From Macrostomum hystrix (Eukaryota > Animalia > Platyhelminthes): DNA of 64,000 nt. Of the stretch, positions 1-12,800 are shown in pieces (position 1 is the first letter of the stretch; every line of letters begins with the position of its first letter). The stretch spans positions 2,356,001 through 2,420,000 of the forward strand of contig CATNEN010000041.1 of NCBI GenBank assembly GCA_950097015.1. Reading direction: 5' to 3'. The position numbers were made by a program, and so were the translations under genes. A model generated the notes under the pieces. The model was not told where the DNA came from. It ran no database searches and saw nothing but the letters and a program-made list of their open reading frames with translations.

Positions 1-516
1 TCGTGAGCTGCATTTTGTGCACTAGCTACAGTGCATGAGTCGGTAAAATTTTTGTGAAGATAACGCCTAGCTATGAGTGTTCTCACTGGGTGTGGCAGTG
101 TACCGTCATCAGTATCATTATCAAATTCCTAAGGGTTTTCTCGTGAGACAACTGTACACTTCTTTCTAAAATAGTTATAGAAACTTCTGTGCATACTTTC
201 CTAATAGTCTGACTAAGTCTTTTGGGGCGTTCTATATATGTCCTTATGTGGTACGCACATAATTATATATGCATACGTATTGTAGTCGTGTATGACATAA
301 TTTACCAAAACTTTTTTCTCTTTTTATTACTATGGAGTGACTAAGTGTATTTGCGTTGGTCTTTGTACCTGGAAATGCGCAGAGGCTTCTCCGCGTTGGA
401 ATTCCAAATGCTTATAATAGATATGACAAAATGCTCTCGGGCTGCACTTAGACAGGAAATTCTGTTTTCCGGCCTTTGTCAGCTGTCACAGCATTAGCTG
501 ATCCCGCATTCCGCAG

Positions 517-2311
517 TGCTTGACTCCAAGTGCGACTACCCGGCCGCCTGCAACGCCATGGAGACGGTGCTGCTGCACGAGAGTCACTTGAAGAGCGGCT
601 TCTTCGACGAGCTGTTCGATGCGCTCAGATCGCGCGATGTGAGCTGCCTCCCACTGCAATTGTTGCAATACGGATGGATGCACGGACCAGTTCTTGGTTG
701 AATTGTTTAGTTAGTGCGGCACATCCGGCATGTGACCCGTGTCTGTCAGTGCTTTTTTTTAGAACAGGGACATCATGGATAGGCTGTGTTTATCACCCAT
801 GAATCATGCTGACGGGTGCTACCCCGCTGCCCTGACTTCACCGCAGGTCAAGGTCAACACGGGGCCCCGCCTGGCCAAGAAGATCCGCTTCGGGCCTTCG
901 CCAGCCGCCTCGCTGCGCACCGAGTACAGCAGCCTGGAGTGCTGCATAGAGGTTGTCTCCAGCGTGGCTGAGGCTGTTGATCACATCAACACCTATGGCA
1001 GCCACCACACTGACTCCATTGTGTCCGAGAATGGTGAGGCCGCTTTTTAGTGGCCATTGTCCCCGCTTCTTCAGGACATCTGTTCCTTCATATTCCCATA
1101 TTTTGTGCTCCGCATCCGCAGAGGCCAACGTGAGCAGTTTCCTGAGCAATGTGGACAGCGCCTGCGTGTTCCACAACTGCAGCACCCGCTTTTCCGATGG
1201 CTACCGGTTTGGTCTGGGTGAGCAGTCTTCCCATTGTCTGCCAGTTGATTGTCTCCTTCATTAGCGCTGTTGTGCCCTGGCGATATTAATTGTGACATTG
1301 CCAGTTTCTTGAGTGGCTGCCTACCAGTAACTTACTATAGTGTGTTATTTCTCTCTCCTTTAGCGGGTGCGAAGAAGGCCAGTTTGAGGTAACCAGTTGT
1401 GCATTTGAGCAATCAAGCTACAAATGCCATTCAGACACTCAGAGCTGGCAGATGAAGCTTCAGAACTCTCCGGGTAGGGATTGCTCAGCTGGCTCTCAGA
1501 GCTGGCAGATGAAGCCTCAGAACTCACCGGGTAGGGATGGCTCAGCTGGCTCTCAGAGCTGGCAGATGAAGCCTCAGAACTCTCCGGGTAGGGATTGCTC
1601 AGCTGGCTCTCAGAGCTGGCAGATGAAGCCTCAGAACTCTCCGGGTAGGGATTGCTCAGCTGGCTCTCAGAGCTGGCAGATGAAGCCTCAGAACTCTCCG
1701 GGTAGGGATGGCTCAGCTGGCTCTCAGAGCTGGCAGATGAAGCCTCAGAACTCTCCGGGTAGGGATTGCTCAGCTGGCTCTCAGAGCTGGCAGATGAAGC
1801 CTCAGAACTCTCCGGGTAGGGATGGCTCAGCTGGCTCTCAGAGCTGGCAGATGAAGCCTCAGAACTCTCCGGGTAGGGATTGCTCAGCTGGCTCTCAGAG
1901 CTGGCAGATGAAGCCTCAGAACTCTCCGGGTAGGGATTGCTCAGCTGGCTCTCAGAGCTGGCAGATGAAGCCTCAGAACTCTCCGGGTAGGGATTGCTCA
2001 GCTGGCTCTCAGAGCTGGCAGATGAAGCCTCAGAACTCTCCGGGTAGGGATTGCTCAGCTGGCTCTCAGAGCTGGCAGATGAAGCCTCAAGAACTCTCCG
2101 GGTAGGGATTGCTCAGCCGCATCGACTCCACCCCCTCACCCCAGGCGCTGAGGTCGGCATCAGCACTAGCCGCATCCACGCCCGCGGCCCAGTTGGCGTT
2201 GAGGGCCTGCTGACCACCAAGTGGCTGCTGCGCGGCAGCGGTGACACAGTCGGGGACTTCGCCGATGGCAAGAAGAAGTTCACCCACGAGAGCCTGCAGC
2301 TGGCCGCCTGA
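517..2311 (+). CDS. ALDH18A1: Delta-1-pyrroline-5-carboxylate synthase, last four exons (gamma-glutamyl phosphate reductase domain); exons 517-638, 847-1033, 1122-1217, 2145-2311
   Basis: Spliced translation gives [18 protein letters not shown]..., [16 protein letters not shown]...[41 protein letters not shown] and [30 protein letters not shown], all hallmark P5CS/ProA motifs. GT-AG junctions are phase compatible. The 5' part lies outside the recognisable region. Confidence 0.95.
1441..2116. repeat. 57-bp minisatellite (about 11-12 copies) in the last P5CS intron
   Basis: Unit gctggcagatgaagcctcagaactctccgggtagggattgctcagctggctctcaga repeated in tandem. Confidence 0.97.
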
Positions 2312-3268
2312 ATGTCATGACAGCTAGTTTTCCCGAATCTCAGCGGATTTTGCCAGTTTTTTGTTTTTGAATTGAGGCTAGCATTGAACTAGCATTTTTA
2401 TCTATTCTAGTCCCAATAGATTGCAGAATCTTTATCAAAGCTACTCCATTACTGACTTCCCAGGGTGCCAGGGTGGTTGTTCCTGCATTTCCTCCTATAC
2501 CTAGTGCGATGCGACATGTTCATTTTATACTTTTTGTCTCTGCGGTGTTGGTCTTTCTTAATATTGTTATTTTGGTGCCGGCATTTTCTACCGTAAGCCA
2601 CCCTCAGTCCTGCCAATTGATCTCATTGTCTTCCGGAGCATAGCATAGAAATACACTGCTTTCCCAGGCCCCACTAATCAAACTGACTCGCTTACAACTC
2701 TCTCAGTCAGTAGGGGCGAACAGCCGGGAAATCGTTGGTCTTCTGTTTCCCTTTTTTAATTTTTTTGATCATTTTGAAACGCACTCGTACTAAGAAAAAA
2801 AATATAGAAGCAGCTCAATTATCGCTTCACATGTGATCAAAAGCTTTGTTTGTGTGCACAATGAATCATGGAAGCACTTTGTGAGACTGAAGATATTCAA
2901 CAGTTACTGTCTTGCGTACACACTCGAGTTTTCCTTGCTATTTTTGGGCTAGTTGACAAACGTGCGGGGATGACCTATGTTCACTGTACATTTAGTTCCT
3001 TGTGGCAATGCCACGGAATGCCCATGGCTAGTTTTAAGGCTTGTACACTGCCAATGAGGTCAGAGCACAGGATTGTACGTGTTTAATTTGACACCTAAAT
3101 TCAAACGATGTGAAGGATTTGAACGCACCTGTTTTCTGTCCAATGGCACATGGTCGAACCAGTTTTAAAATACTCAAAATGCTTTCGCGCAAGTAAAAAC
3201 TTGTGAATCTGTTTCAGAGGCTCGTCCAGACGGCTTTTTCTCAACTGTCCGACCCAGTGCAGCTGAGC

Positions 3269-4503
3269 ATGTCTTTAGAGCTGTCCCAGCGTGTGTCTGC
3301 TGCGCGGCCCCCTCAAGGCGCGACTGCCGACCCACCTGCAGTGCAGCAGCTGCTCCCAGCCCCTGTTCAACGGCTTCCAGACTCCGCACGGATGTCGCCT
3401 GTGCCAGCCCTGCGTCACCGGCCTGCTGTCACCGGTGGAGAAGCGGCGATGTCCCGGAAACACGGAGGCCTGCAGAGACACCACGGAGGAGATCGAGGTG
3501 AGCCAGGCCTCCTGTCTTCCCGACATTGCGACGAGACGTGAGGTCGGCCGACTGAAGGTCCTGTGTCCGAACCTGCGTGCCGGCTGCTCTGCTGCACTCA
3601 GCTGGTCTGTCATGGACCAGCATCTGGACAGCTGCGACTTCCAGGCTTTGCCGTGCGAGCTCTGCGGCCAGCAGGTGACGAGGAGGGACATGCAGCGTCA
3701 CTCAACCAGAGAGTGCCTGCAGAGGAAAGTGAGCTGTGAGCTGTGCTCTCAGCAGGTGCCCTTTGGTGAGATGGAGAGCAGGCACAGGAATCTGGAGTCC
3801 GATGTGTGCTGTCCGATGTTCTCAGCTGCCTGCCCTCACTGCGGTGACCGGAGCACTCCGATGAGCAGGACAGCATACCAGGCTCACCTGTCTGACTGTC
3901 CGGAGAAACCAGTCGAGTGCAAGTACTCTCACCTGGGCTGCCAGACAAGAGCCCGAAGGTCCGAGATGGATAAGCACTACACGGAGTGCATGGACTCTCA
4001 CCTGGAGCTCGTGGACTCAAGGCTCCGACAGGCCGCGGAGCTGCCTCAGACAGCAGGTGAGCGGCACTTTATGCCTATTGATTTTTAACAGTTATTGCTT
4101 ATTTTTATTGCCCGTAATTACATAATGACATTGCACAACGGCTATCTAATTCTGGCTGTCCTGACGCGCCCGCATCGCTCCTTCATTTCCAGCAGTCGCA
4201 ATGCCGCAGTTTTCCACCAGTTCGGCGACTTCTGTCGAAAGCGGCGAGGTGGCCGACGTGAAGCGGCGAGTCGGCAGCGTGTACGACCAGGTCAAGAGGC
4301 TGCAGGTGAACGTGGCCAACTGGGCGCACAGCACAATGGAGCTCGAGCAGATGGCAGACCGGTTCGGCGGCGTGTCGCAGCTCCGGACTCTGCTGGCTCA
4401 GCTGGATGAGCGCACGAGAAATATTGAACAGCTGCAGCAGCAGCTGCAGCAACAGGTGCAGCAGCTGCAGCAGGATAGGACGCTTCCTAATTTGGAGGAT
4501 TAA
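3269..4503 (+). pseudogene. TRAF-like copy 1 (RING, TRAF zinc fingers, coiled coil, no MATH), frameshifted; exons 3269-4056 and 4193-4503
   Basis: ATG at 3269 (MSLELSQRV). A 2-bp deletion near 3328 (actgccg versus actgtgccg in the other copies) shifts the frame before the RING. The downstream frame encodes CSSC...HGCRLCQPC...RRCP and CELC/CPHC zinc fingers; phase-1 intron 4057-4192; exon 2 coiled coil ends TAA. The deletion could be a sequencing error. Confidence 0.8.
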
Positions 4504-5290
4504 TGTTAGATGATTGGATGATTGGACTGCCAAAGGTTTAACTTTCTGAAAGCTGGCTTAGCCATAGATATGTTGTACGGCTTTGCTCAGCACTTGTCTA
4601 TGTTTTATACAGATTAGCATCTTTCTGTTGCTCAACTTCCAAGCATTTCTGGCAAAATTTTTGTATCACTTGACTATTTGTGCTATTCAGTACTGCAAAT
4701 TGTAGGGTTGATTCTTACACTACCCACCATTCTATTATCCAATCTTGATTTCAGGCTTGAAGACCCCGCACCGCTGCATTTTCAAGGCCAAGTGGCTAGA
4801 TATTTGCAAAATTCAATATTTTTAACCAAATATTTTTTGCTACATATTTTTTGTTGTAAGTAGTTGACGTTTTCATCTCGTTGATTTCAATAAACATCTG
4901 CAGGCATTTTGGCACAGCAGTGTGCTCTGGTGTCTTTAGCTGGCCGATCGCAGAATATCGCAGAAATGCAACTGGAAGGTCTTAACAGCATTCTCTGTTT
5001 GGTTTCGTTGACTTGCGCAATGCAGTCTAAATTTAGACGGTCACTATTGTGAAACTGCTTCTGCACTGATTGCTAACTAGTGCTTGCCGCTGGTGCAATG
5101 CATTGTGTTTGGTATGTAAAAGTGTTTTTATTACTGTTAGCATCAGCAATATTACTGATGTTATTACAGTTCAAAGTACACTGTAGTCCATGCTTCATTG
5201 CTGTGATAGCAACCAGTGACAATATTTTCCCACTAGGGTTAGGATAGAATCTTGAGAGATCGCCGTGGACTGAGAGGCCGCCACACTCCG

Positions 5291-6790
5291 AATTCTAGAC
5301 AACCTGCTGCTGACATCCATTTCACTGCTGCTCCAAATTCTAGACAACCTGCTGCTGACATCCATTTCACTGCTGCTCCAAATTCTAGACAACCTGCTGC
5401 TGACATCCATTTCACTGCTGCTCCAAATTCTATACAACCTGCTGCTGACATCCATTTCACTGCTGCTCCAAATTCTAGACAACCTGCTGCTGACATCCAT
5501 TTCCCTGCTGCTCCAAATTCTAAAGAACCTGCTGCTGACATCCATTTCACTGCTGCTCCAAATTCTAGACAACCTGCTGCTGACATCCATTTCACTGCTG
5601 CTCCAAATTCTAGACAACCTGCTGCTGACATCCATTTCACTGCTGCTCCAAATTCTAGACAACCTGCTGCTGACATCCATTTCACTGCTGCTCCAAATTC
5701 TAAAGAACCTGCTGCTGACATCCATTTCACTGCTGCTCCAAATTCTAAAGAACCTGCTGCTGACATCCATTTCACTGGTGCTCCAAATTCTAGACAACCT
5801 GCTGCTGACATCCATTTCACTGCTGCTCCAAATTCTAAGAACCTGCTGCTGACATCCATTTCACTGCTGCTCCAAATTCTAAAGAACCTGCTGCTGACAT
5901 CCATTTCACTGCTGCTCCAAATTCTAGACAACCTGCTGCTGACATCCATTTCACTGCTGCTCCAAATTCTAGACAACCTGCTGCTGACATCCATTTCACT
6001 GGTGCTCCAAATTCTAGACAACCTGCTGCTGACATCCATTTCACTGCTGCTCCAAATTCTAAAGAACCTGCTGCTGACATCCATTTCACTGCTGCTCCAA
6101 ATTCTAAAGAACCTGCTGCTGACATCCATTTCACTGCTGCTCCAAATTCTAAAGAACCTGCTGCTGACATCCATTTCCCTGCTGCTCCAAATTCTAAAGA
6201 ACCTGCTGCTGACATCCATTTCACTGCTGCTCCAAATTCTAAAGAACCTGCTGCTGACATCCATTTCACTGCTGCTCCAAATTCTAGACAACCTGCTGCT
6301 GACATCCATTTCACTGCTGCTCCAAATTCTAAAGAACCTGCTGCTGACATCCATTTCACTGCTGCTCCAAATTCTAGACAACCTGCTGCTGACATCCATT
6401 TCACTGCTGCTCCAAATTCTAAAGAACCTGCTGCTGACATCCATTTCACTGCTGCTCCAAATTCTAGACAACCTGCTGCTGACATCCATTTCACTGCTGC
6501 TCCAAATTCTAGACAACCTGCTGCTGACATCCATTTCACTGCTGCTCCAAATTCTAAAGAACCTGCTGCTGACATCCATTTCACTGCTGCTCCAAATTCT
6601 AGACAACCTGCTGCTGACATCCATTTCACTGCTGCTCCAAATTCTAGACAACCTGCTGCTGACATCCATTTCACTGCTGCTCCAAATTCTAGACAACCTG
6701 CTGCTGACATCCATTTCACTGCTGCTCCAAATTCTAGACAACCTGCTGCTGACATCCATTTCACTGCTGCTCCAAATTCTAAACAACCTG
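5291..6790. repeat. 45-bp minisatellite (about 33 copies)
   Basis: Unit ccaaattctagacaacctgctgctgacatccatttcactgctgct with a taaaga variant. Confidence 0.97.
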
Positions 6791-6796
6791 TCCAAG

Positions 6797-8482
6797 TGTG
6801 TGTCCACAGCTGATCCTGCAGTGTGTCCACAGCTGATCCAGTGTGTGTCCACAGCTGATCCAGTGTGTGTCCACAGCTGATCCAGTGTGTGTCCACAGCT
6901 GATCCAGTGTGTGTCCACAGCTGATCTAGTGTGTGTCCACAGCTGATCCAGTGTGTGTCCACAGCTGATCCAGTGTGTGTCCACAGCTGATCCAGTGTGT
7001 GTCCACAGCTGATCTAGTGTGTGTCCACAGCTGATCCAGTGTGTGTCCACAGCTGATCTAGTGTGTGTCCACAGCTGATCCAGTGTGTGTCCACAGCTGA
7101 TCCAGTGTGTGTCCACAGCTGATCCAGTGTGTGTCCACAGCTGATCCAGTGTGTGTCCACAGCTGATCCAGTGTGTGTCCACAGCTGATCCAGTGTGTGT
7201 CCACAGCTGATCCAGTGTGTGTCCACAGCTGATCTAGTGTGTGTCCACAGCTGATCCAGTGTGTGTCCACAGCTGATCCAGTGTGTGTCCACAGCTGATC
7301 CAGTGTGTGTCCACAGCTGATCCAGTGTGTGTCCACAGCTGATCCAGTGTGTGTCCACAGCTGATCCAGTGTGTGTCCACAGCTGATCCAGTGTGTGTCC
7401 ACAGCTGATCCAGTGTGTGTCCACAGCTGATCTAGTGTGTGTCCACAGCTGATCCAGTGTGTGTCCACAGCTGATCTAGTGTGTGTCCACAGCTGATCCA
7501 GTGTGTGTCCACAGCTGATCCAGTGTGTGTCCACAGCTGATCCAGTGTGTGTCCACAGCTGATCCAGTGTGTGTCCACAGCTGATCTAGTGTGTGTCCAC
7601 AGCTGATCCAGTGTGTGTCCACAGCTGATCCAGTGTGTGTCCACAGCTGATCCAGTGTGTGTCCACAGCTGATCCAGTGTGTGTCCACAGCTGATCCAGT
7701 GTGTGTCCACAGCTGATCTAGTGTGTGTCCACAGCTGATCCAGTGTGTGTCCACAGCTGGTCTAGTGTGTGTCCACAGCTGATCCAGTGTGTGTCCACAG
7801 CTGATCCAGTGTGTGTCCACAGCTGATCCAGTGTGTGTCCACAGCTGATCCAGTGTGTGTCCACAGCTGATCCAGTGTGTGTCCACAGCTGATCTAGTGT
7901 GTGTCCACAGCTGATCCAGTGTGTGTCCACAGCTGATCCAGTGTGTGTCCACAGCTGATCCAGTGTGTGTCCACAGCTGATCTAGTGTGTGTCCACAGCT
8001 GATCCAGTGTGTGTCCACAGCTGATCCAGTGTGTGTCCACAGCTGATCTAGTGTGTGTCCACAGCTGATCCAGTGTGTGTCCACAGCTGATCTAGTGTGT
8101 GTCCACAGCTGATCCAGTGTGTGTCCACAGCTGATCCAGTGTGTGTCCACAGCTGATCCAGTGTGTGTCCACAGCTGATCCAGTGTGTGTCCACAGCTGA
8201 TCCAGTGTGTGTCCACAGCTGATCCAGTGTGTGTCCACAGCTGATCCAGTGTGTGTCCACAGCTGATCCAGTGTGTGTCCACAGCTGATCCAGTGTGTGT
8301 CCACAGCTGATCCAGTGTGTGTCCACAGCTGATCCAGTGTGTGTCCACAGCTGATCCAGTGTGTGTCCACAGCTGATCCAGTGTGTGTCCACAGCTGATC
8401 CAGTGTGTGTCCACAGCTGATCCTGTGTGTGTCCACAGCTGATCCAGTGTGTGTCCACAGCTGATCCAGTTTGTGTCCACAG
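6797..8482. repeat. 22-bp minisatellite (about 76 copies), directly abutting the 45-bp array
   Basis: Unit gtgtgtgtccacagctgatcca. Confidence 0.97.
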
Positions 8483-9134
8483 ATTCATTTAAGGATAAGA
8501 AGTACATGTGAGCAAGTTATTGTGTCGCTTATAACGAATAGGCAATTCGTTGCTCGCTGTTTGTGTTTATTTGTTGGCTGTTTGTGTTTATTTCTGCTTG
8601 GGACGAGTTAGACTAAGGCAGAGTCTAAAAAAGCAACAGTGTGAAAGAATGGCAGCAAAAATATTAGGCACGCTAAAAGCGCATGGGGAACCAGATACAT
8701 AAGTAAAATTTACGCCACTCTTTGCATAGTCAAACGTGTCTAGTAGGTGACAGTCGAATGACACAGGTGACACTCCTTTCCAACAGGTGACACTCGTCCA
8801 TCAAGTGGCACTAAACGAAGCGCGATTTGCGACTGGACCCAGTTAACAATAGTGCACCCGTTAGTTACACCGCATGCCTTATGGCAAGTTGTCACACGTA
8901 CAGCAGGATTTGCATGCAGAAACAATGATATTCTCCAGTCTCCAGTGTGACCAAACACAGCCTGCTCAATGACCAATAAATAAACGACTTTCACTTAAAG
9001 GTGCTGGTGGGGCCAAGTGGGTCGCACGCAGTCTGTGGCCCGTCGTCAGGACCTTGGCCGACCTCTGTACAATGAAAAAGCCATAGACAAGTTTCGTTTC
9101 TCGCACAATGAGCTGGTTCAGCAGCTTTTGTCCT

Positions 9135-9375
9135 TGTAACAAACAAAAAGTGGGGAACGAACCTCGCGCTGGCAGACCGAGACCGGTTTCTGGCTTGTTT
9201 GCCTTCGTCAGTCAGCCATAGCCACACGCCGTCCTCTCCCACCACTCTCAGTGTGCACAGAAGTCTCTTTTAAGCTTGCCATTTTATGGCGATATTTTTT
9301 AGTGTTATGTGAGAGTTTTGCAGCCAAGTCTTTGCTTTTCTACTGTTGTCAGTAGTCTGAATTGTATCTTTCACA
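9135..9375 (+). mobile_element. Solo-LTR-like element, about 240 bp, TG...CA ends, 5-bp target site duplication GTCCT
   Basis: Starts TGTAAC and ends TCACA; GTCCT at 9130-9134 and 9376-9380; a second diverged copy lies inverted at 11909-12128. Confidence 0.7.
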
Positions 9376-9898
9376 GTCCTGATCAAAGTGGAGTTTAGCA
9401 AGGCGGACCAGGGAATGCGAGACAACTCAGAGCTGGCTACATAGAAGATTGCAGAAGAGACAGATAGGGGGAGAGAGGAACAGGTAGAGAAACTGCGCAG
9501 TCAAATTTGCATCAAAAAGCTCACTTGAGCCCGCCTCTGCGCAGCAGGCCATGCGCGGAGAACTCAACATGCGGCACCCAAGTCAGTTAAACAGGTGGGA
9601 GGAATGAGCTCACAATAAGTTCTTCTTAGTGACATAAATTAATGGTGATACAGGGACTCCATGCTGTTGGATGAGAGTGGGAAGGCGATTGTAGTTTCCA
9701 GGGTGATGATAATCCGTGACGCTGCTCAGGGTACAGATAGGTTTCCCTGAGTGGGCGGTAACAGCCATTGGCCAGGGCTTGTCGACCAGCGCGCATAAAA
9801 TTTGCAACCCAGAGAAGGCCCAGTCAGCCGCTTCTCCGCTGACAAGCACCGCAGTGCCCAACTCACTGAGTGAGTCTGAATCAGCTCCATCGCTGGCC

Positions 9899-12800
9899 AT
9901 GACTCTACTGCCAGTTGTTGCTCTGCTGCTTGCTCGCACAGTCGGTGAGTGCCGCAGTTCTCAAGCTGTGCTCTATGGTCTAGCGCATTTCCATGAGAAC
10001 CTTCGCTTCTTGGAACCCGGGACCCTGTTGGGAAAGAAGTCCTTTTGGGAGTCCGAGCTTCACAAACTACAGCGCAATATTGAAAGTAATTCAGAGCACC
10101 GCAATGGAACCCGGCCACTCAGAAGTTAGATCTCGCAATATTCAAAAGAAAAGCAGTTCCGTTGTAAAAGGCACTCCATGAAAATTGTGCAGGCTCTATC
10201 ATCCCATTTGTGAATAATTCTAAAACAGGAAGCTTGCGCTTGAACGAAGCTTGTGAACCAGTGCTTAGAGCTTTGGGATTGAAGGGAGCTTGTGAACCAG
10301 TGCTTAGAGCTTTTGGATTGAAGGGAGCTTGTGAACCAGTGCTTAGAGCTTTGGGATTGAAGGGAGCTTGTGAACCAGTGCTTAGAGCTTTGGGATTGAA
10401 GGGAGCTTGTGAACCAGTGCTTAGAGCTTTGGGATTGAAGGGAGCTTGTGAACCAGTGCTTAGAGCTTTTGGATTGAAGGGAGCTTGTGAACCAGTGCTT
10501 AGAGCTTTGGGATTGAAGGGAGCTTGTGAACCAGTGCTTAGAGCTTTGGGATTGAAGGGAGCTTGTGAACCAGTGCTTAGAGCTTTGGGATTGAAGGGAG
10601 CTTGTGAACCAGTGCTTAGAGCTTTGGGATTGAAGGGAGCTTGTGAACCAGTGCTTAGAGCTTTTGGATTGAAGGGAGCTTGTGAACCAGTGCTTAGAGC
10701 TTTGGGATTGAAGGGAGCTTGTGAACCAGTGCTTAGAGCTTTGGGATTGCTCTGCCACTGCCAGTCACCCTCACAAGGTCAATATTTGATTTAGCTATGT
10801 TTTTAGCATCCAGAAAATTGTCTGAGCAACTCGCTCACTTCCACCTTTGCTCCGTCATGAATTACTTATTGAAAACTAAAGTCTCCATTTGGCATGCGCC
10901 TGGAATGAGAATGTCGCAGTAATAATCCTGAAAATGGAAATGTTCGAACTATACCTCAAAATCCGATTCAGTTCTCTCACTCACCGAAATCTGTTGTAGG
11001 AACGAACGCTTTGAGCAGCGGCTCAACCAGACGTTTCGAATTGGTGGTGAATGGCTCTGTGGGTTTTGACGCCTTCGTGAGCAGCAGCTTGTTCTTCGAG
11101 TCCAATGTCCAGCAAGACAGGCGGTGCCTGATGTCGTGCCACATGAGCGACTGCGCAGTCGCCGTTTTCAACAGGACCGACCGCGTCTGTCAGCTGGTCG
11201 TCATCAACTCTGTGGCGTGGGGCAGGCCCGGGCCGGAGGGCAGTCACGCAGCCAGGAACCTCACCGCGGCTGATGGAATGGCGATCTGGAAGTCAGACGA
11301 CTTCGAGCAGCAACTGCTGGCAAGGTCGCCCAGTCGATTTCTGGTCTTTTCGAGTGAGTTGAATATGATTTTGAAAGAATAGTCAAGCAGTGAACCTAAT
11401 CATTCTTGCAAGGTGACCGTGCGCACTGGAACATCATTTGGCGACAATCGATCCACAGCTTGCTCGAAGGTAATTCTGCTTATTGCACTGACCCAAGAGC
11501 ACATAGACTCTCACGCACACATGGATACGCATACCGGCACACTCTTGCACAGGTGACAGGTGTGACTCTTCATCGAGAAGCATTCAATCAACAAGAGTAC
11601 ACATCTTAGCCATGGGTGTTAGTCCTAATGTGTGTAATTTAGTTGTAAGTCTTGGTGCCCTGCCCTCACAAAGAGACCTAAATGACTGGGGACCTCGCTG
11701 CGGATTCGAGCTCAAGGACCTTGGTGCAAGAGTCGCACGCGCTCCGCCACTCACTCCGGATATCAAGTGATTGCAATTCAGAAAACATTCGAGTTCATGG
11801 ACAAAGAGTTCCAAGCCTCTGTGCTCTAAAGACGCGTTCAGACTGTCATCAATAGAGGCAAAAACCCACAATTAGACTTCCTTTTTAGGGCCATACATTT
11901 GAAAATTATGTGAGAGATACAATTGAGACTACTGACAACAGTAGAACAGCAAAGACTTGGCTGCAAAACTCTCACATAACACTAAAAAAGTATCGCCATA
12001 AAAATGCACACTGAGAGTGGTGGGAGAGGACTGCGTGTGGCTATGGCTGACTGATGAAGGCAAACAAGCCAGAAACCGGTCTCGGTCTGCCAGCGCGAGG
12101 TTCGTTCCCCACTTTTAAGTGTGTTACACATCACATAAATGTACACAAAGAACAAGTAATTTGACGGCTGTGTGTACGAACCTAATGCTAATTTGAAAGA
12201 AAAAAAATCTGTGTCTGAGACAAACGTACATTCGGTACATAGTTAGCGAATTTGATGGCTGAGCATCGAAATGCACTATGCCACTAAATGCATGCACAAT
12301 ATAACTACATGTATGTCAGTAAGTTTCCCTAATGCTACTGGTGTTAGCAAGTGCAGGCATTGATTAGGTGGGTTTGTTTGAGTATTTAGCTCGGCACTAG
12401 GTGGCACACTGCTGACTCTTTGGTGCCAGTACTTTGGCGCTTCCATTCCATTGTTAATGTAGCATTGCTTGGGCTTCTCGAATCAAGATTTCGATCCTGT
12501 GTGCCTTTGGAGAATAAATGTGCCCTGTTTCCCTCCCTTCAGGCAGCGGTTCGGGCAGGTTCGGAACTGTCCAGAACGTCACCATCAGCGTTCCCGGCTG
12601 CTACCGCATCGAGGCCTTCGGAGCTGCAGGCGGAAACACAAACAGCTTAATTGGCGGCAAGGGCGCTTCAGCTGCTGGCAGCTTCGAGCTCACCGCCGGC
12701 ACTCAACTCAGCATTGTTGTCGGCCAGGCGGGCGGAAGCCTGGGTTGCTACTACGGTGCTGGCGGTGGTGGCGGAAGCTTCGTGTACATCAGCAGCGTCA

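Noticed and set aside
5195-8507. Long ORFs (up to 647 aa) across the 45-bp and 22-bp arrays, and similar ORFs at 1452, 10126, 29765, 37374, 46678, 54249, 57046, 62713 and 63599
   Set aside because: They are translations of stop-free tandem repeats, open in several frames and on both strands, and many lie within introns.
9135-12128. Inverted repeat pair as TIRs of a Pack-type DNA transposon carrying the signal-peptide and PAN exons
   Set aside because: The left unit has its own TG...CA ends and its own 5-bp TSD, and no TSD flanks the pair, so independent insertions fit better.
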